DNA from: Botryllus schlosseri
Taxonomy: Eukaryota
DNA length: 64,000 nucleotides
Reading direction: 5' to 3'
NCBI GenBank assembly: GCA_051294905.1
Contig: CM119373.1
Coordinates: 124,001 to 188,000 of the forward strand
The number at the start of each line of letters is the position of its first letter. The first letter of the stretch is position 1. This document shows positions 1 through 14,187 of the stretch, one piece after another. The notes beneath the pieces were generated by a model, which was not told the origin of the DNA, made no database searches, and saw nothing but the letters and a program-made list of their open reading frames with translations. The position numbers and the translations under genes are program-made.

Positions 1-1594
1 TGTAATCATGATCTCCTAACATGTCTATTATTTATCTGCACTTATTATATTATATATAGTATTGAAATTTTCTGGCTCACTGGAGTAGACCAATTGAAAT
101 GATATGAAGAAAATTCGTGCATTGATAAATAAGTGCTTTTGTAATTGCGCTCGAAAAATATATTCGTCGATAGGTCAGACTGGGCTACGCATAGTAACAA
201 TCGCTCAACCCTTTCCGCATTGTATTCAAACACGCCGTGGATAGTCGACTACGTTGTAATTGGTCACATTTCGTCTTCAATATATTAACATCCTGCGCCG
301 ATAAATCAGACGACATTGCCAATGTACGGTTATTTCTGCCCACAGTTTCATGAATAATTCGGATTATCAATCATTTGCTGAGGTTTGCGGCGAATACTTT
401 TGACTTGTAAATAACGAAAATTAAAAATTCTCTACAAAATAAAAGATTTTTACCAACTGCATTGTCATGGTGGATTACAAGTTGAACTGTCGGCGAACTC
501 CGTTTGTTTTTACACCCTTTGGCCTACCTCTATATTTATTATGAAGTATGAACGATTCCGTCTAATAATTAGACGGTTGGTTATGGTGTAATGCTTAATA
601 CGCCTCATATCGTTTAAAATATATGCGAAGTCATTTCGGAGTCAGTCATCTCCACGCCAGGACACACAAGACATATTATACACAAGTGAGGTCCCACAAG
701 GATAGTTTCTGATGAAACATCCGCCCAAATTGATAGTCGCGTGCTGGCTACATAGATATATTTTTTTACAAACTTATATGACATATACCGCAGGCATGAT
801 ATTTGCAAATTATTTAATTTGTATACTTACCGCTGATCTGAGAGAGGTACTATTTTCCTGCTGTCATAAAAAAGTCTTGAACATGCTTAGGAGAAAAAGA
901 ATATTAAATTAATGATGAAGAAAGTTGCCTATAGAAGGTTTATTTGAAGAATAGTTGCGGCAAAATCTTATAGCAATACGTTATTTTGTCAATATAAAAT
1001 TATATTACATGATGGACCTCACTTTCATGCCTAGCTTCCGTCTATTCACAAACCGTTCTATGCTGTCGCTATCTTCAATAGAATTGCGTAAGTTAATTAA
1101 TCAAGTAGTAGGCTACCTCTATCAAAGAAGCAATATCTTTACCAGACTGAATAGGCAAGTTGACTCTTTTACCTCTAGTTGTACAAAGGTCAAAGCTCGT
1201 TATATCGCTGAGTATACTTAGCTCTGCGAATAGCGGGTTCAAAGTTCTGTATTCATCGGTATACCTCATGACTAATCTTGGAATAGATTCCGCAATAAAT
1301 GTATCTTAGTCATTTCGCGAGCTAGGCAATTTCGCTGTATACTTTGCATTGACTGTAAACACACGACGCAACTGAGTGGAGTGGCCTCTGAATTCCTATT
1401 TCTAAGAGTTGGAGGTTTATCTAGGCTCCTACTCGCCACCTCATAAGTGTAAGCCAGTGGTTCCAGACCTTTTTTTAGACACGCCCCCCTTTATGATAGT
1501 GAGAAATTTCGCGCCCCCTTATCGTCATATCACAAAATCCAACCAGGATGCTAGCAAACTCAATAGATTGTTTGATTACATGGAAGGTTATGAC

Positions 1595-2785
1595 TAGGGC
1601 GATTTTTTTGACATGTCAAAATAAGGTCAAAATTCTAGCGTTAGGTCAAAAAATGTCAAAATTGTTCAAAAAGACAAGATTTTTTGCAACCTGCAATTCA
1701 TTTGTATCGTAGAATTTGCACAATATGTGAACTTATCGTTTGACATTTCACAGCTTGTAGCTTACTTTATATGCCTACCGTTGCATACAGCGCATTGTCT
1801 GCTCATTGTAAATCATAAACAGTCAAATGAAATAAATAGGTTGACACGATGTTATGTTCAACGTACCGCAATATCCTAAGTGAAGCAAGACTGCGTGGGC
1901 ATTGCATGGTTCTTACATCTGTATGAAAAATTGAGATGTACACCATTGTCAGAATGTAGCAACACGGTGTGTCACCAGCATTGTACGCACGCACAACTTC
2001 ATTGTTGTCAGCCAACAGTTGCTACAGTTGAACGTTCTTTCTCTATTCTTCTTGTTGTTGTTTGTATATTCATGGTCTTTGTCGACTACAATGGTCATTT
2101 ACACCAGGCCAATATTCCTTATTTTCGATTCCGTATCCGCCGAGTATCTGCCAACTTGTAGCACGGCCCACTTCTATGCTTTTTGTAAGACACCGCTTAC
2201 GCGGTGAGATGACGAGGAACCTAGATAAACCTTCAACACTTGGGTAGTAATTCTGGAGTCGACCTCGGTTGGACTAGAACCCACAACCCATTGGTGTTGT
2301 AGCTGTGGATTATACCACTACGCTATCTCGACACATCTCCATTATTGACAAGCTACTTTGTAAATACAGACACTTTTTACCCGAGAATCAGGGATATCTG
2401 GAACTAGATATGTAGATATGTCTGCCGAGAATGTAGGAAAGTATCTTTCGTTGTACCACAACAAATTTTAATTATTTTACCCATAGTATGTCACGTACTG
2501 GAATTCATCATAGGGCCAGATTTTGTTAAAATAATATTTTGTCATCTAAAGATTTGTCAGTTTTTGATTGAAAATTTCTTTTTCAGGGCAAACTACTTCG
2601 TAAGGACAGACAGTTCAATTCAGAAATGAGGATAAGTAGTACAATTCTAACATATGTTGGGAAAACACCTAATTTGCATACGGTCAAAATGTGGTCAAAA
2701 TTTAGTTTTTTAACGTCAAAAAATGTCAAAATTCAGATTTTTTAGGTCAAAATCTTTCGTTTATTAGGTCAAAAAAATCGCCCTA
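1595..2785. mobile_element. non-autonomous hAT element nested in 1455-2950
   Basis: TIR tagggcgatttttttgac...gtcaaaaaaatcgcccta; perfect TSD gttatgac (1587-1594/2786-2793); subterminal gtcaaaa repeats. Confidence 0.9.
2045..2332 (-). mobile_element. tRNA-derived SINE family A
   Basis: minus strand begins gtcgagatagcgtagtggtataatcc (A box) ...gggttctagtcc (B box) and ends in a (caa)-rich tail; further copies in the window. Confidence 0.8.
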
Positions 2786-5263
2786 GTTATGACTGTTGAT
2801 GAGAAAATTGAAATATGAAATTCGGACTATCTATAGAGAAACACGGGTGAATTGGAAGTAAATCGCGCAGAGAGCGAAAAAAAGTTTTCAGTTGACCGCT
2901 TCTTCGCCACCCCTTCAGATGCTTTCACGCCCCCAGGTTAGGAACCACTGGTGTATGTGGTGTCTTACAAAACGGCTAGAAGTGGGCCGTGCTGTAAGTC
3001 AGCAGTTCCAGAATAGAAATGAAGAATATCGGTGTGGTGTAAATGGCCATACTAATCGACAAGCACCATGGATAACTTAAAACCAACCAACTAACTGAGT
3101 GGAGAAACTTCTTCATTCGGAGAATAAGCGTTCCTGAGCCGCATCAATTGGCAATAATTCCTAATTCATATAAAGACGGTAATACGTGGTGAGATAAGTC
3201 AATCAGAATGCACGGAATGCTGGAGTTTTGAATTCGATGTTCTAACGCCGACTAGCAGCTCATCAACTATCGTATTTGGCAGTGGTTCTCAACTTTACTA
3301 ACCTGCAGAGCACTTTCGCTAATCTGCCAGCCTTCGCTGAACACCAAATTTTCGCGGAGTCATAAAAACGAAAAATGTACCATAATGAACATCTAATACA
3401 TGACTACAGACTCTCTCACACAAAATTAACTGTGCAACTGCACATTTGCACCTATAGAGTCTAAAAAGAACAAAATAACCATTGAAACATAATTTTCACG
3501 CCGAACTAAAATATTTTATTGATTATCTATTGCTAATCAATGCGACTTCCGCTGTTTCCTTTCAGATACCTGTTCAAAAATTCGAGTGAGAGGCGATACC
3601 CTAATAAGTGTCATTTTGTTGTTGAATCGCAACAGCGTGAATACCAATCAATTAATTACAAATAGGCTTATAAATATTGAAGGTATGAATGGGATTTCAG
3701 AAGAACGCGGTTTGATTTCTCTTCCCAACCGTCCCAGCATACACCCTCGCACACGACGTACGCTACCACCATAACAGTTACAATTCGACTTTACTGATCA
3801 AGGCTAATTATCTGTAACCAATAATGGCCAAGGCAGACATATCATCACAAGTCATTTGTATGAGTTAAATGTGGACTAGGGGTCACTAACACGCGCCTGC
3901 GAGGTCATAGTTTGTGGCCCGCGACCTGATTTTATGTTTCGGAAGAACGCTCAGTAAAGTATTTTCAAGGTCAAAAAATGTCAAAATTGTGATTTTTTAG
4001 GTCTTCTCTTTTGTAGATAAAATGAATCGCCCTATAGTCATACCAAAACGGAAAATGGACGCGCAAACGTGTTTTCAGAGCACCTACTCAAAAAATGACT
4101 TTGTTTTAGTCAATTCACCGGCGATCAGAGTTTAATAAATATATTTCTCGTATATATATCCTCTTTTATACTGGGGAGGGGCGAAAATTTTTGTCGATAT
4201 TGAGAAGGGGGCGATTATTTGAAAAAGGTTGGGAACCACCGGAATAGAACGAGAGCAAATTAAATATATACTTGACCAGGTTTACGGCATTTCATAATGA
4301 TTCAAGTATAAAAATTCAGCTATACTATATATGTACAATTTACAGTGTAAATAGGCCGGTTGTGCGAAATGGGATACGATATTTCGATTATTGTTTGGCG
4401 CTATTGTGATATCGATTCAACAGTCATTGAATCAATGCCTCCTCTACTCGTAGTTTTGGCATGTCCATGGTCACAATGTATAGCGAGGTAAAATCTGTCC
4501 ATGTTCCGAAGCGTCCTTGCCAAATCATTTATCTGCCCTTGGTGATTGGCCCATTGTGTGGCAGGGCTGAGGTGGCGGTTCGTTTGCATGTGTCCGACAA
4601 TTTTTTGTTAAATCGCATCTACAACAAGAACATCATTAATTCTAGAATATTCTAATCTACGAACTTGTGGCGATTAACCGCCGGAAAATATGAATTTCTG
4701 TCGTATTTCAATTTGAGACCCCTGTTAGAATATATGGCTACTGATATTCTGGCGTCTTATTACTACTATAGTACTAATATGAATGCTGTATTATGATATG
4801 TCGTGTCATTTCAGATTAACATCCCGCTAAGTGATGATAAGGCGATGAAATGTGAAGCTGAAGTACGGAGAGGTCCAAGCTACTGAACACATTAACTGGT
4901 TAGCATTAGAATTTCGCACAGCTATCCAAAAATCCGTTGCGTGCATAACCATCTCGTCATCATATTTCCTGGCTGTAATACGAAATAGCCTACATCTAAC
5001 AGCGTATGCTGGTGCTGCTACGATTGTGCTAGAGCAGGGCCGGCCAACCCGTGGCCCGCGGCTCACATGTGGCCCGCGAGAAGGTTTTGAGTAGCCTGCG
5101 AGGTAATTTCCGAAATTTCTGATATCATCAAAAGTGGATTGCACAGATCGTGAACTTGCAAGGCCAACCAAAAATTTGATTAGTATCGCCGCAACACCTG
5201 AGATGTGATGACTAAAATATCAGTTTCGACCCATTGACAAATTCATCAACCATTCATATATTG

Positions 5264-7190
5264 TAGGGATGGTGTGAACCTCTGAAAGGTTCAGGTTCGT
5301 GTAAACGCGAACCTTTTTGAAAGGTTCCATGTGAACGAGAACGTGAACCTCATGACGTCACGTGACGTCATTTTGCTAATTCCAACCTTACATTTCAGTG
5401 AAGTGATAGCCTATATATTAATGTACACGATACCCAGCGACGACTCGGGCCACATAATGCCACAATGCTGAAGCTAAATGTATCAACATGGGTCCATAAA
5501 AGCACTATTTTCCGTCGCTTTGCCAACAATTTCAACGAGTAGGCTACTTGCAGGGGAATATAAGCTTTCGCCTAAACGGTCTAGGCCAGTGGTTCCCAAC
5601 GTGGGCGATATCGCCCCCCAGGGGGCGATTTGGTGGTCTAGGGGGGCGAAAATAACGAAAGGGGCGATAGGGGGGCGAAAACGGACGAAGGGGGCGATAG
5701 AGGGCGAAAACAGCGAAGGGGGCGATAGGGGGGCGATGGTGCGTTAAAACGGCTATATTGGAGTCGGGACCGTAACTACCGCACCCCAAACCCCCCAATT
5801 GGGGGTGGAAGGCCCGAAATAGAAGGAAGCCCAAAATTATTTCGTGAATTAACATGAATGATAGAGTAATTTTTTAGAAATTCATGCCACTTTTTCAAAA
5901 ATTTTCGCGCTGTGCGCAATTTAATATTTTCATGTATCTTGATGTTGGGGTCCCCGTCACCCAACAAAAATACGCATGAGTTATGGAAATGGGAGAGTTC
6001 GGCGTCGGCCATTACTGTGCCACGATGCACCAAGACATATGAAGTTAGAGGCCATGTAACATGCGCCTCCGAGAAGTGTGCCAGAACGATCAGCAGCGAG
6101 AAGACCTTGGCCGAAAAGAAATGCCCTTGTGCTGACTGAAAACTTCGATCTATATACAATATACATATACGTTTAATTGTCCATAGGCGCCTCGATGGCT
6201 GGCGTCGAATGTTCCTGTCATGGCGACCTTAAAACCCTACATGACAAATGACCGATTCAAACATAAATTATATGAATTTGTCGCGCTTCGCGCGTTTAGG
6301 AGAAATACGGTGACTCACCAAACAGTACATGTAATAGGGTATATCTGATATGCAGCGACAAAAAGCCCACTGGCTGGGGGGGTCTGGGGTTTGGTTTATC
6401 ACCCTATGGGGCCAAAGACCAACGTTTTTTTTTTCGAGGGGGGGCGGCTGACGAAGTGCTGTTTTTCGGTTCCCAATATTTGGGGGGCGATGATCGGTGT
6501 GGAGATTCAAAAGGGGGCGATGAGTCGAAAAAGGTTGGGAACCACTGGTCTAGGCCATACTGCACAATGTAGGCTATTCGGCGTCGTTAATATTGAGCAG
6601 AGTGTAAAATGGGTTTCTATACTTGCTACCGATATTACCCCGTTAACAAAAGTATACAGCAGTATCTGACACCCCAATCGTGCGGATTTGGTTTTTATGA
6701 TACAATAAACACATTCAGTCAAGATTGACCCCGTACGCCTGCAAGATTGTTTGCATAAGACAGCGATATTAATTTCATTGATTGGTTGAATAAGCATCAT
6801 TCGCTAACTACCTACATGTAGTGTATTTCGCTCTTGATGCTGTGTGATTGGGGGTCAAGCTCACAGCAAAGAGTCACTAAATATTCAAAAACGGAAAGTT
6901 GGATATTTCGAGCAAACTTTCGTAACAAAGCAAGTACAATTTCTGAGATTGTCAAGGTGCATGTTCGTTTAGTTGTGGATTTTTATGCTGCCAGTGCCAT
7001 GCATACAGTGGCCCGCAGTTGAAATGCAATAAATTTCAACCATAGATGTTACCATGAAATGAAAATTGTAATATATGAAAAAGGTTCACAGTGCAGAACC
7101 TACCAAGGTTCGTTTGTGAACGTGAACCTCCAAATTTCTGAGGTTCACACACAAAACGCGAACCTGAACCTCACGTTCACACCATTCCCA
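5264..7190. mobile_element. non-autonomous hAT element, middle layer
   Basis: TIR tagggatggtgtgaac...gttcacaccattccca; TSD atatattg/aggtattg; an uninterrupted family member lies at 31950-32878. Confidence 0.85.
5587..6547. mobile_element. non-autonomous hAT element, inner layer
   Basis: TIR cagtggttcccaac...gttgggaaccactg; perfect TSD gtctaggc; ggggcga subterminal repeats; related copies at 25604 and 33535. Confidence 0.92.
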
Positions 7191-8229
7191 AGGTATTGCT
7201 ATATCTTCGTACAGTACAATAAAGCAGAATAATTTACAATAGATTTATCAAAGATAAAAATTTTCTACAAGCTTAGCGAAATATGTTGTCACTCGATTTC
7301 TTGTTCTTAATATTGTTGCCCTTTTGTGAAAATTGCAGAACACCCAATGCATCAGTTTGAGTCTAACTATTTTCGAGATTAAGAGACAAAGTGTCGTTCA
7401 ACATATGCGACCTTGCGTTTTCGCTCGCAGTAAGACCGTTGCCTATGAATCCTAGGCACAAAATGATGGACGCATGTTGGTCGCAGCTTTCGATATCAAT
7501 ATGTCCATGCGCCGAATAGCCCAGTCCTCGAAAACTTGGCCCAGCGATATACAGCAGGCCCGCAATATAGTCAAGTGGCAATATTATTGACCTATAAACT
7601 TCAAAAAAATTTCGCGCTTCGCGCGGATAGTGGCCCCGCGCAGAAGTTCGTCAATCAAATGTGGCCCTTTGGCTGAAAAGGTTGGCCACAATGGCCAGCC
7701 CTGTGCTAGAGCGTAAAAAGTTATGTAATATTTCTACGAATATATAAATTACCGAACTGACAGGGTATTCGTCAAGTGCTCTTTCACATTAGTTATAATG
7801 AACTCAACCACGCTGACAGCACTCGCGTGTCATCTTTCTTCCAAAGATGGAATTTCCTTTCGCCTATTCTGTCTAATTGTAGAGATCATGTCGATGATTG
7901 TTTCTCAATGAAATCTGTTAACGCATCGTTTATGGATCGTTGGCTAAATGATGACCCTTTGAACTAGGAGCCTATTGAAATCGTCGTGAATACATTCCGA
8001 GCACCACCGGCATAAAAATCATTTAGGTGTGTATTTTTTTTCACGGTTATCCTCTGATCACTTGTTTAACTGGCTAACTGCATCCATATTTTGGTCAGTA
8101 AATAAACATATCTGGTCCGAACAGATACAGTATGGTCGACTTTGGACGGTAATGCATTGAGTTTCGTAGAGGTAACAAATTTGATGTAAGATCTCCTGAG
8201 ATACACAACGATATTCTATATCTCCAACT

Positions 8230-8320
8230 CCAATTATCTGCTACTTTCTGACAATTACCTCAGACGAGTGTCAGCCAAAAATATTCGGGTTTATTTTAAC
8301 GTGAATACATTATTCAATTG
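8230..8320 (+). mobile_element. degenerate Penelope-like terminal fragment with mutated hammerhead core
   Basis: ttacctcagacgagtgtcagccaaaaatattcgggttt matches 27539-27576 but has CAGA for CTGA and AAAA for GAAA. Confidence 0.7.
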
Positions 8321-11284
8321 CATCTTCAGATTTGTTCATTTACAATTACAAATATCGCATAATTCAATTTTTCATAACATACGGAGTTGTGTATTGAATA
8401 ATGTAACAGGCTGTATCAAACAACTGATAACATACGATGTACAGCGAGATGTTTCAATATGTTTCAAAAGAGCAATGACGCTTCGTTTGCAAATGCTCTA
8501 CTTTGTGATCATGACCGGATATATGACAAATGTTTCAATGTAAAAGATGTAATTGTCCATCTCATTAGGCTTGTTGCTCCATTTCATCATTTCTAAAAGC
8601 TCTGAATGATAAAAGTTTTCCTGTCCGTCTCATATAGCTGCCACACCTATATCAACGACTTTGGCATAGCCGAATATGATGGTAATGATATCACAAGTAG
8701 GCCTATATCAGGGGTGGAATATCTTAATGATTATAAGTAATCCATTCCAATGACCCAAAAGCTTAATTCAACGGAAAGCGAAAAGTGAAAATCACCGATG
8801 TAAATAGGCTAACTATTACAGGTGGCGACTGTGTACTAAGGCGTTAAAGCCTTGCGGGTTGCGGCCCCCTCGTCGTCATCCTGGTCCGTACCGGATTCTC
8901 ACTGGTGTGACGAATAAATGATTGATTGATTATTTTATGTTGTGATTGTCTGGTTTCCATAACAATGTAATTGAAATTGTAATTAAGCAAAATTGGGTTA
9001 GGGTTAGCTGGCATGTATTTATGTCTTCTAGTCGCTGTTACATAAGATTGTTGTCGCAGATCATATGATTGTATCACACAATGACTTGCTATGGCACCTA
9101 GCAATGTAGGAATGAATGGTCAGATGTGTTAAATGCTTGTAGTAAGCACTAGAGTTGAGTAGCCGTTGACCTCAAACCAAATGGTAGAACTGATTGCCTT
9201 CGTTGAGAAATTAAATTTGAATTTACTTATAGACAAAATAAGGCGGGCAAGCAGACAGGCAAACAAACAAGCCTAACTATACAAAAGCCTATACCCGGAA
9301 CCATCAAGCTCTTTGCGAGTTAATTCTTTACCAACTCTCTATCAAATTACCACGCGGTCTATACTCAGGCCCTCATTGCTCATAGCCTCTACCCTAACAC
9401 TGACATTGCTGTCTTTAATTCACAACCAGTCCCATATCTTTGCTTGCGCAACACCCCACTCCAATATTAATTGTTTTAAAGATCATGATGGGGCTCACCT
9501 CAGTGGTCTTACGACGCTTCATGATCGCGAACAAAACAGCCACATTTATCTGTCGCTGCGTACCGTCTCGTCTCAGACCCACTCGATCCTTTAAAATGCA
9601 CGCATCATTGCAAATAGAAATACATCACAAACAAACTAAGAAATCACGGAAATATTCCTCTTATCATTGAACTGAAATCAAACCATACTGTACTCAAGAA
9701 TGGGAACTGTATTTTAACTTCTATATCCCCCATCCAGCTGGTAAAATCCAAAAAGAACGCTACAGTAGTGCCGCTTGATCTCTTCCATATTAAGGCCTCA
9801 TTTACTTTGCAAAAAATACTGAAATCGTAACCTGGAAGGGCGTGCAATACAGGATATCATATTTTAAAGTTGGCGAAGCAAATGCAAAATTATATTTCAA
9901 AGACTTCATCCCCACAATATTGGAACACTATAATACAGGTAATTTGAAAACCATACTGATTTAACAACTGAACTCAATGGATCAAATTTCGCCGTGACTT
10001 TTAGGTTTTTGGCTTTGTGTTAAGCCCAGGTAGGTTAGGACTCTCACTATGCACCTATACACGCTTACAAACGGTGGGTAACCCACATTTCCTGGATACC
10101 ATAATGGAAATAAATCATTTTAGTCGTGACTGAGTGCTTCAATACTGACATCTGACATCTTAGCTACAACGCCACTTCGTCTTCGTCACCTCTATCAAAT
10201 ATGAATGCAAGAATGACAGCAAACGACGCGCATGACAAATAATATTGATGTCAGTCTAAACTACGGTCGAATTTAAAACATATTATATTTTGGTTTTGAG
10301 AAAATGCCACTTTAAAAAGAACGAATTTTTTTATTTTTTTCAAAAGTTCTAGAAATATGCCATAATTGTTTATAAACTTCTTTTTGAGATATCATATATT
10401 ATGGATGGTTGTAACTCCTCGAAATCGCTGTCGGTGCAACAGTTTCAGCACATATAATTACAGATTATCTGTACAGATGGATGTTCTGATGATGATGACC
10501 GTAAAAATGATGCATTACAATATCGGCGCGGTTCAAAGATATTTTGGTACTTGATACAGTGGTCGGAAGCATTTTTCGACAAAAGAGTCATATTTACCCC
10601 ATATGTCATTACACCGTGACGTCACAATTAAGGTTGCATACCGTCATTACCAATAAAAAAAATACAAAACGTTGAAACCCAACGCCTGACATTAATCTCA
10701 AGTTTAACAAGATGATAATAATATTCACGCGCCTATTTTATTTTAGAGTTTTACGATTTTAAAACTACTGAAGGTGGTTAGTGGGGTGGAGATTAAACCA
10801 GGAACGCGACGATCGAATATCTTTTTTATTAATACGCATGAGCATGAATGTCATTAGTAATATTTTCATTCGTATGCGAGTTGGTTACATTTGTTGTCTT
10901 CAATAATATCTCGACCAGGGAGGTTCAGTCTGAGTCGCAATTGCGATTTGAACGGGGACTTCACAGTGAACGATTTCTTAGAATGTGGGATATACAGCCG
11001 AGTGTGCCTCTCAGCATCTCATTAATTTAACTTGCAATGACGAGCAAAGTGTTCTCAGACCATGAAATCCTCTAAATCCGAACAGCATTCACCTTGATCC
11101 ATTCGTTGAACATGATGCAATGTGACCGTTGAGGCATTTGCAGAATATTACTTGAGCTGAGCCGTTTATCCCACAAATTCGAATACAAATCTTACGTCGT
11201 CGAAATTGGGAATCTTCCTGACTGATTCTCTCCTAAATGATATTGACAGACTCTTGGAAATACAAAACTACAGTGTATAATTGA

Positions 11285-11500
11285 ACGGTATATTCAATCT
11301 GAAATAAGCCCGAATATTCCGGCTGGCACCCGGCCGGGGTATACGCCACCAACTAGTTTTGAGTAAAAAGAACACTGTATATCAACAATCACCACATATG
11401 ACGTCAACAGCATGAAAATTCGAATAATCCAGGTGAGCAGTCGGTTCAAAGTACTATTTGAGAGGATACACGAGCCCCTTTGTTGGCAGAACGCGATCCA
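11285..11500 (-). mobile_element. old Penelope-like 3' fragment
   Basis: diverged match to 24590-24790 (cccgaatatt, tatatcaacaatc, tatgacgtca-cagcatgaaa, gttcaa-gtactattt). Confidence 0.65.
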
Positions 11501-11574
11501 ATGCACAATAATGAAAGTACGAACAGCCTGTGGCATAGTCCCATAGCCGTTTAATGAGCCAATAGGGTTATAGC

Positions 11575-12005
11575 TAGGACTGGGCAAAATCGAGTACCTG
11601 AGTGTATCGATTCTGGATCACGCATTACGCTTCGAGTCGAGTCGAATATCCGAGCATTACTCATTATGACGTAACAACAGTTTGTAGGATGTCTATGTTG
11701 AAATTTGTACCTTTTATGCGTCCACATAAAATATAATGCCTGACTTCAAAAATATGTTATCTCCAGTAAAGTAGTATCTTTCTATCATGTGTTTCGTATG
11801 TTGCGATACCGCCAATCAAGGTTTGCATCCTTCGGGAGTGGAAACTAGTATTGAAACTATAATTCTCGTTGACAAATTAACTTTTAGTGGCGTGGAGCGT
11901 ATATTTTCACCACTCGAAAAAAATCGCGTTTTAATACTCGACTCGAATCATTAAAATATATACTCGATTCATATTCGAGTACTCGAATCATTGTGTCCAG
12001 CCTTA
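11575..12005. mobile_element. non-autonomous hAT-type MITE
   Basis: termini taggactgggc...gtccagcctta; TSD gttatagc/ggtatagc; tactcga/tcgagta subterminal repeats; related end near 36190-36220. Confidence 0.75.
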
Positions 12006-12193
12006 GGTATAGCATATCTGAGCAACAATAAATTCATCCCTCGGATGGCTAATGCCCTTTGCGAAAGAATCGTAATTCAAAGCACAATAATAAAAAAAAA
12101 ATCAGCACGTCGGTCGTAGAGAAATATAAATTTACTATAGTTAATTTAGTTGAGGCGAGTCATGCTTCATGACAAAAACATCATCGTTTAAGA

Positions 12194-13780
12194 CAGGGGT
12201 CGGCAACCTTTTGCTAGTTGCGGGCTAAATTTCGGGTGTACAAATTTTTGCCGGGCCAGAATTTTTCTTAGTACTATATTTTACGGTCACTTCGTTATAT
12301 TATCCTACATTGCTGCAATCTCAATCATACCAATCGGAGGACACATGTAATAATAACACTTCAGCAACACAGAATAAATGTGACAATTGACGCATGTTGC
12401 TGTGTAAAAGGTTTTCAACTTCTGGTAACAAGTCAGATGAAACAAAAATCATACCCTTTTCAAAAGGACGTCCTAAATACGTGATCTAAGCTTGCTCTTC
12501 ATGAATTTCATTGTTCAAAACTATTGTTCACATGCGTTCGTGCTTACAAAAATCGATGCAATGTCTTTTGCATTGTACGTCAAGCTGGGATGAAGACCAA
12601 TTTCAAGAACGTACTCTTTGTCAAAGTCATGCAGCGATATGCTCCTTGTATGAAATTTGTCATTCAATTCAACTGCATCGCATTTCAGAAAGGCCCATTA
12701 GAAATATTCAGGCAATGGTATTGGCGTCCACATTAAACGGGGTAATGAATAGTCAGAATTCATTTTGTAGAGAAGAAATGTCGGAAAAGCGGGAGAATAG
12801 TCAGTAGTTAAATTTCGTATCACAGTTACAAATGTAGTGTAGGTACTATAGGTTTTCTCTCCTCCAGTATAGGAAAGTGAGCATAATTTTCTTTGTACTG
12901 TTCACATTTACAGAGTCACAGATTTGTTTTGAATGCGCCTCAACATCTCATGTATTTAGTTGTTTTCCCTCCGAAGTTGCAAATTCAATTTGTTCAGATG
13001 TGACGTTAAATGTACCAGGAAAGCAAGATGAGATACCCGTTTTCTATTAAAAGATTATGAGTCGCCGATATTTGTGTTTTTGCGGGAAGTTGCTATTTCT
13101 TTTCTCAGTTCATACACTCGTGTAAGCATAGCTGCTCGACCTAATGCGCGAATATGGCAGATATAGGCCTACATGACATCGCCATATTGATTCTCTGCTT
13201 CTAGTAATATCTGGCGTAATTGATTCAGTTAATGAGACAAAAGTCATATTAACAGTTCTCACCATTGTGGCCAAACACTATTGAGGTATGTTGTCTTGGC
13301 ACACAATGCCTTCTGGAAAATTAAACTATAGATAAGCCAACTAACATACGGAGGCTAGTTATCCATAATTGAACAGTTTGAGACTTCGTCATTGCGTCTG
13401 AGATGTTCCAAGCGTTTTTGAAGCAAAAGAAGGACACCTTTATTGTCACACCCCATTAGAGGGGTAAACCCCTTGAAAAAGTATGGAACACCTTCGGTTG
13501 CGAGATACACCCGATTGATAAGCACTGATCCAGTCTAGTCTATCTCTATCTCCTACTTCAACCACTTTCGTTTTGTGGCGTAACAATAGACTAATACGAT
13601 GTAGGCTACTATTATATGGTAGCAATGCCGCATTTTTTCATGCAGTGCTGCACTGCAGATTGAAACTCATTATGAAATGGCGGGCCGTATTCTTGTCATA
13701 ACTAATTATTATGTCGCGGGCCTGACGATTTCGCTTGGCGGGCCGGATCCGGCCCGAGGGCCGTAGGTTGCAGACCCTTG
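12194..13780 (-). mobile_element. internally deleted hAT (Buster/Charlie) element with transposase relic
   Basis: TIR caggggtcggcaacct...aggttgcagacccttg; perfect TSD gtttaaga; relic transposase on the minus strand. Confidence 0.88.
12378..12770 (-). pseudogene. decayed hAT transposase C-terminal dimerisation domain (GTF2IRD2/EPM2AIP1-like)
   Basis: manual translation gives ...AKDIASIFVSTNACEQ*F*TMKFMKSKLRSRI*D...PEVENLLHSNMRQLSH, resembling the STYxCEqlFSxMKxxKSkxRSRL...SH motif, with stops and frameshifts. Confidence 0.75.
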
Positions 13781-14187
13781 GTTTAAGACTGCATCGCTGC
13801 ATTTGGTAAACGTAAACTTTTTTCTCGCCAATAGTATGAACGTTAAGTTGATGTTGAAGAAAATTGTTACGCGTGCTCCTGAGGGTACGCGCACCCCACT
13901 TTGAGAACCTTGCCCTAGAATAATTGTGCAATGCTTTGATGAAACCGACCATTGCCAGTCACATAAATCATAAACCATAGGAGAATATCTGGATATCGAC
14001 ACTTGTAATTTGAGATGGGTTTCTTCTAACAAAGCGATATAGAAGTCTGTAATAACTGTTTGTTCGGCAATACAAGCGATATTGCGGTCGTGATAAAGGG
14101 GCAATTCAATCAATCAGAATCGTACTTATTGTTTCCGTCAGTTTATATCATTATGCTGGAACACTCGCTTAAACATATACCTTATTC

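Larger units (their letters stand above)
1455..2950. mobile_element. non-autonomous hAT element (MITE)
   Basis: TIR cagtggttcc...ggaaccactg; degenerate 8-bp TSD gtgtaagc/gtgtatgt; body resembles the nested MITE at 42587-42886. Confidence 0.8.
1370..3085 (+). mobile_element. tRNA-derived SINE family A copy (5' eroded), split by a hAT MITE at 1455-2950
   Basis: 1405-1454 (ttggaggtttatctaggctcctactcgccacctca) and 2951-3085 (ggtgtcttacaaaacggctagaagtgggccgtgct...gtgtaaatggccata) match the reverse complement of the SINE copies at 2045-2332 and 15805-16062; ends approximate. Confidence 0.7.
5035..7703. mobile_element. non-autonomous hAT (Charlie/Buster-like) element, outer layer of a 3-level nest
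   Basis: TIR cagggccggccaac...gccagccctg; perfect TSD tgctagag (5027-5034/7704-7711); ggcccgcg subterminal motifs. Confidence 0.9.

Noticed and set aside
700..735. ctgatga motif as another hammerhead
   Set aside because: No properly spaced GAAA/UH or closing stems
3280..4240. isolated hAT-like ends (also near 10557, 19600, 24205, 22660-22800, 35900-36270)
   Set aside because: Fragments without a matched TIR pair or TSD; boundaries cannot be supported
5478..6800. cluster of G/P/R-rich ORFs (similar ones at 25555-25947 and 33423-34150)
   Set aside because: Translations of ggggcga subterminal repeats of hAT MITEs
9300..10100. possible very old minus-strand LINE endonuclease relic
   Set aside because: Only faint resemblance (LPGYD...RSSG); too degraded to support
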